64,000 nt of DNA. It comes from an uncultured Acidobacteriota bacterium. Its GTDB lineage: Bacteria; Acidobacteriota; Terriglobia; Terriglobales; Acidobacteriaceae. Each line of letters starts with the position of its first letter. Position 1 is the first letter of the stretch. Location of the stretch: positions 5,901-69,900 of the forward strand of contig CAVSNS010000022.1 in NCBI GenBank assembly GCA_963729325.1, read 5' to 3'. The position numbers and the translations under genes are program-made. Under the pieces are notes generated by a model, which worked only from the letters and a program-made list of their open reading frames with translations, was not told the DNA's origin and did not search any database. Of the stretch, positions 60,193-64,000 are shown in pieces.

Positions 60193-61018
60193 TTCTAAGT
60201 TTGAAGCTCGCTTTGAGAACGCTAGTGCGGCACCAATTTCTTCTCTCGGCAGGATTGAGCGTCGCAGCAGGCATCATCCTCCGAGCACTCGTAGTTCTTC
60301 CAGTTGGTAGTCCTCTATTTCAATATGGGAGCCATCCAGCGCTCTGCCTTTCGCATGGATTCAACCTCGCGTCAATGATGGATATTTCATCTCCTTAGCC
60401 GAACGAAAATCGGTTTCCCGGTGGGTCTCCCACGTTCGTTGCTCAAAACTGAAACAGCCAGCGTTGTTAAGACCGAGAACAGCAATGGAAATTCCCCATG
60501 TCCCAGTGACGAGGGGAATGTCCCGCATACATTCTCTATACCGTCTTGCAGGCAACCTGCCTTGATCTGCGTGAGGGAGTTGTCGAACAGACGTCGTATG
60601 ACTCGCCGCGCGTCGCGACCGAGTCGACTCCACGTCGATGCATCCCGTACTGGAAGCAGAGCCTCAGGACCGCAATTCAATGTCCCGCATTGTTCTGGGT
60701 TTGGGGATTGCCGTTTTCTGTCGATGAGTGGGAATTCACTTTGACGACGGCACTGAGATCATGCGTCGCTGGGATGGTTTCATGGCATCTCGATTGCTTT
60801 CGGATAATGCGAGATGGTTTCGCCGATCAAGACTGGACCTGCTCAGGGCTGCCATGTTAGGGACGCTGTGGAGAGAAGTCAACGCAATGCCGGGGTAGTA
60901 CCTTTCGGGAAAAATTCGGCTACACCCCCGCTCCGGCTGGGCGGGAGATCCAAATAGCGGTAACCAAGCCGTAGCGTGTACAGCAAAGTTTTCGCGCGCC
61001 GAACTGTCGAATTCGAAT

Positions 61019-61167
61019 GCGGAAAAGGGATGGGCACTTTTGCCACTTCATCTCATGGTCGGATTCGGCTTTGCTGCCCATGGGTATGTGAAACTCAGCC
61101 GCGCGGTCCAGAGAGTTTCGCTACTATTCTCGCCGGCATCGGAGTTCCTCAGCCACATCTTATGGCC
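61019..61167 (+). pseudogene. DoxX-family gene remnant (frameshifted, 3'-truncated)
   Basis: AEKGWALLPLHLMVGFGFAAHGYVKLSR is in one frame. GPESFATILAGIGVPQPHLMA is in the next. No continuation follows. Confidence 0.35.
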
Positions 61168-61960
61168 CTTCTGGATTCGGGACTTCGCAAGATAGGGCGC
61201 AGCTCGGCTGTCGCGAGCGGACCGTCTTGGTCTTGCGCTGGACCCTGAAGGCGAGCGAGATACCAAAAATTTCGTTTGTGTCCCAGCCACTGGGCAGGTT
61301 AACCGACTGTAATAAGTAGTAAGGCCGAAGAGAGAACGAATCGGCGATAGGCAGTCGTACTCCCACCTGGAAGCGGTTCTGGGTGTAGCTGCTGCCGCCG
61401 TTGGCGAAGGGGTTGTTTCCGGCAGTGATAAAGAACTCATTGCTCACGACCAGCACCGGCCGGCGCGGCATGCGAAGCGGTAAGGTGTATTCGACGCCCG
61501 GGCGAAATCGAAGACGCGAGGAAGCAGGCCGGTTATCAGCAAAGCGTCCCTCGATGAGCGTGCGGAGTGTCGGCCGCCACGGGCCACGGGATGTGCTCAG
61601 GGTGAGATTGAGCTGCACCCGGTTTTCGTAAACAATTGTGGGATTCCCAGGAAAGCGCTGGTAACGATAAATCGGTATCAACGTGAACCACGGCCGCAGA
61701 CGGAAGGCAAGGCCGCCTTGAACGAAGTACTCGAACAGGTTGGACGCTCCCTCGTCGAACCGCTCGTAGAACTCGACATCCAGAGATTTATTCGCCGAAA
61801 GGCCAGTGGAAATTCCCTGATCGAGCCAGAGTCCTATCTGCTTCTCATTTTCGGGGTCCTCGGGCTCCTTTTGTTGCTGCGCCCTAGCCCGGACAGCCAA
61901 GACGCAACTGCACAGCACCGCAATGACGCAGACTATGCGCCGCAATGTATTCGGGGTCAT
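61160..61960 (-). CDS. DUF2490-like putative outer-membrane beta-barrel protein
   Basis: The likely start is MTPNTLRRIVCVIAVL (signal peptide). Alternating beta-strand pattern includes FEYFVQGGLAFRLRPWFTLIPIYRYQ. The ORF track extends the gene to 62188. Confidence 0.45.
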   Translation of the reverse strand: MTPNTLRRIVCVIAVLCSCVLAVRARAQQQKEPEDPENEKQIGLWLDQGISTGLSANKSLDVEFYERFDEGASNLFEYFVQGGLAFRLRPWFTLIPIYRYQRFPGNPTIVYENRVQLNLTLSTSRGPWRPTLRTLIEGRFADNRPASSRLRFRPGVEYTLPLRMPRRPVLVVSNEFFITAGNNPFANGGSSYTQNRFQVGVRLPIADSFSLRPYYLLQSVNLPSGWDTNEIFGISLAFRVQRKTKTVRSRQPSCALSCEVPNPEGP

Positions 61961-62048
61961 TAAAGCATCGTGGCGTCCCGTACGGTTGCTCATGGCTTGC
62001 GCCAGCCAGTGTTTCCCATTCAGCGAAAGCACCGCCAGGAAACCAATT

Positions 62049-62375
62049 TCACTTTTTGCAGCTACCCGATGCTGGCTGCACTTCCACAACCTTGAAGTGA
62101 GGCTTCGGTCGCGCAGTCCCCGTATCAGTGCTCGGGGTCGCGGATTGATCTCCGATGAGGGTGACAGACTGTCCGACATAGGAATCAAGGTGAACCGATG
62201 TACTATAGACCAGGTTCGTGACGCCTTTTTTATCCACGAGTCGGTATTCGTCAGGTTGGCCGGTGCTGGTCAGGCAACCCGTAATTTTGCTGTGAGTTTT
62301 TTGTTTTGGGGACTGACTGAAAGCAGGAGCTAGCGTAACCACCAGAATCGCCAGCACAAATAAAGTTCCTCTCAT
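62049..62375 (-). CDS. small secreted hypothetical protein
   Basis: The likely start is MRGTLFVLAILVVTLAPAFS, a signal peptide. Confidence 0.4.
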   Translation of the reverse strand: MRGTLFVLAILVVTLAPAFSQSPKQKTHSKITGCLTSTGQPDEYRLVDKKGVTNLVYSTSVHLDSYVGQSVTLIGDQSATPSTDTGTARPKPHFKVVEVQPASGSCKK

Positions 62376-62687
62376 GACACACCTCCGTTGACCACTGAAA
62401 AGCCTCGGCACCCACGGAATTATAGTCAGGCCCAGACGCTTTGGACAGTTCTGCCGTCCATCTGCCGTCCAGCAACCCTTTAGAAGCCAATGGCTGCCGA
62501 TTAGTTCGTCACAAGAAATTCAAAACAGCCCACTACCAAATCGCACACACTGTCGCGAGTAGGTGAAATCGGTGTACAATCCCTCCCGCTTTCGAGTCCA
62601 GCAGAAAATTTCGACTTGAACCGTGTCCACTGGGTTTGAAATTGGACCTCAGTTCAAGGTTCTTGGGATTCTTACGGGGAGAGATCG

Positions 62688-63689
62688 ATGAAAAACTACA
62701 AGACTGTTCTCGGATTGTTGGTTATTTTGTGCGCCTTGATGTTCAGCGCGCAGCCGGCTTTGTACTCACAAGACAAGACCACCCAGCAGGGCGCAGTTCA
62801 AGTCCACCTGGTCGTCACGAACGAGGCCCAGCGTGGTGACGAGGTTCCAACTCTGCAGCAGGATGACGTGAAAGTGAAACAGGGGAAGAGTTTTCTCAAA
62901 GTGGACAAATTGATCCCGGCTCAGGGAGATAACGCAGCGCTCCAACTGTTCATCCTGATCGACGATACGCTCGGCTCTGGTGTTGGAAACAATCTCACCG
63001 ATATTCGGGATTTCATCAATGCACAGTCGGCCTCAACCGTGGTGGCCGTCGGCTACATGTCGAACGCGGCCGTCAACGTTGTCCAGAACTTCACCGCGGA
63101 CCATGCCCTTGCGGTCAAGGCACTCCGCCTGCCTCGCGGGGGTCTGTCGACGATGGATAGTCCGTATCTGTCGCTGATCAGCTTGGTAAAGGGGTGGCCT
63201 CAGCAGAATGTCCGGCGTGAAGTCCTGATGGTGACAGACGGCCTCGACCGGCTCCGGGGAGAGCAGCCTGCGCCTTCCCGCTTGGGCCCCAGCTTTGGTC
63301 CCGTGTATCACAGGATGCCCACTATGAGCCCAGACGTGAACTCGGCCAGCGAGATCAGCCAGCGCTATAACGTGATTGTCTACTCGCTATACGCCGTGGG
63401 CGTGGGACGAGCCGCGCGAAGTTCCTGGGACCTGCAAACTGGCCTTTCTGGCCTCACGAAGCTCGCAGATGAAACCGGCGGTGACTGTTTCTCTCTGGGC
63501 ACTTCAAGTCTGGTGAGTTTCAAACCCTACCTGGAGCGCTTGCAGAAGATGTTCGACAATCAGTACTACGTAGTTTTCCAGGCCACCCCCGGAAAGAAAG
63601 CTGGGCTCCAGCGTGTCAATGTCACGACCGAGGTGTCGAACGCCGAGATAGCCGCCGCCGACAACGTTTGGGTTCCGGCAGGAAAATGA
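62688..63689 (+). CDS. VWFA-related (acidobacterial-type) secreted protein
   Basis: 333 aa with a signal peptide. LQLFILIDDT...VAVGYM...VLMVTDGLD is a VWA-like beta-alpha pattern. Confidence 0.6.
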   Translation: MKNYKTVLGLLVILCALMFSAQPALYSQDKTTQQGAVQVHLVVTNEAQRGDEVPTLQQDDVKVKQGKSFLKVDKLIPAQGDNAALQLFILIDDTLGSGVGNNLTDIRDFINAQSASTVVAVGYMSNAAVNVVQNFTADHALAVKALRLPRGGLSTMDSPYLSLISLVKGWPQQNVRREVLMVTDGLDRLRGEQPAPSRLGPSFGPVYHRMPTMSPDVNSASEISQRYNVIVYSLYAVGVGRAARSSWDLQTGLSGLTKLADETGGDCFSLGTSSLVSFKPYLERLQKMFDNQYYVVFQATPGKKAGLQRVNVTTEVSNAEIAAADNVWVPAGK

Positions 63690-64000
63690 GGGTTCTTATG
63701 AAAGAACCTCAAGTCCCCCGTTCAATTGCAGCTGCCCCTCACGCAAGCGCCGTGAGGTAAGGCGCTCTTGATGGAAGGATAAGCTGGCCAGCATCCGGTG
63801 GCCGGTTTACGATTCTCGTGGTTCTCGCTGTCGGGATTGCCGGGGCGTTTTTTGAAAGTGGGACAATAGAGAAATTGGCAAAATAGATATACACCAGTAC
63901 ACCGGGGGCAAATGATGCACAGGCAGTGAGAAACGAAGAGCGACTTCCCGATGAGTGATGAAGCGCGAGTAACCCGTATTTTCTCAATGGAGGAAACGAG

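Noticed and set aside
60517-60690. Exact 12-mer AATGTCCCGCAT repeated 162 nt apart, plus hairpin ATTCCCC-N15-GGGGAAT, in the ORF-poor 60.4-60.9 kb stretch
   Set aside because: The repeat is real. I could not tie it to any coding frame, RNA fold or protein-binding logic, and the overlapping listed ORFs show no motifs. I left it unannotated.
60780-60830. Minus-strand mini-ORF starting (TTG) IGETISHY, reminiscent of acidobacterial Ser/Thr kinase N-termini
   Set aside because: Only about 9 residues match before a stop. No kinase sequence follows in any frame.
62591-62600. TTCGAGTCCA, identical to the T-arm of the tRNA at 55240-55316, as possible attR
   Set aside because: Only 10 nt match and the flanks diverge immediately. 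That is too short to call an att repeat.
1-64000. CRISPR arrays, rRNA genes, defence-system hallmarks (Cas, RT, restriction/modification, TIR, STAND ATPases)
   Set aside because: I saw no regularly spaced short repeats. None of these protein signatures appeared in any listed ORF.

Overview
A 64-kb bacterial chromosomal segment. The gene content looks acidobacterial, inferred from the ACIII-caa3 oxidase synteny and a VWFA-related protein; I ran no database search. There is no rRNA and no CRISPR array.

Left third (1-15 kb):
- a tRNA with a CAU anticodon and a secreted phosphoesterase;
- a c-di-GMP signalling trio: a 920-aa membrane HD-GYP/GAF/GGDEF/PilZ protein, a receiver protein and a PilZ protein;
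- an accessory RiPP-like locus. It holds a radical SAM/SPASM maturase, a PqqD-like protein, an HprK-like kinase, a SipW-like S26 peptidase, an ABC-2 exporter and an NTP_transf_5 nucleotidyltransferase. It also holds a 59-aa Cys/His-rich precursor candidate that falls just under the 60-aa ORF-track cutoff. An IS1-family transposase interrupts the locus.

Middle (15-37.6 kb):
- an operon of proC-like reductase, class-III aminotransferase and three SDRs;
- a YdiJ-like FAD/Fe-S dehydrogenase;
- an intact caa3 cytochrome oxidase operon with SCO;
- an Alternative Complex III operon (actABCDEF) riddled with frameshifts, with a diverged 755-bp tandem duplication inside actB.

Right third (37.7-64 kb):
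- housekeeping genes: aldehyde dehydrogenase, amidase, pgeF, thyX-like, purM, recA, coaD, an aminotransferase, the GDP-mannose genes, an M48 peptidase and kdsB. Several are broken by frameshifts.
- a second tRNA-CAU carrying a small integrated element: tyrosine integrase, excisionase, two Replic_Relax-like paralogues, an RHH protein and strongly structured intergenic repeats;
- then DUF2490-like and VWFA-related proteins.

All family calls come from motif recognition by eye.
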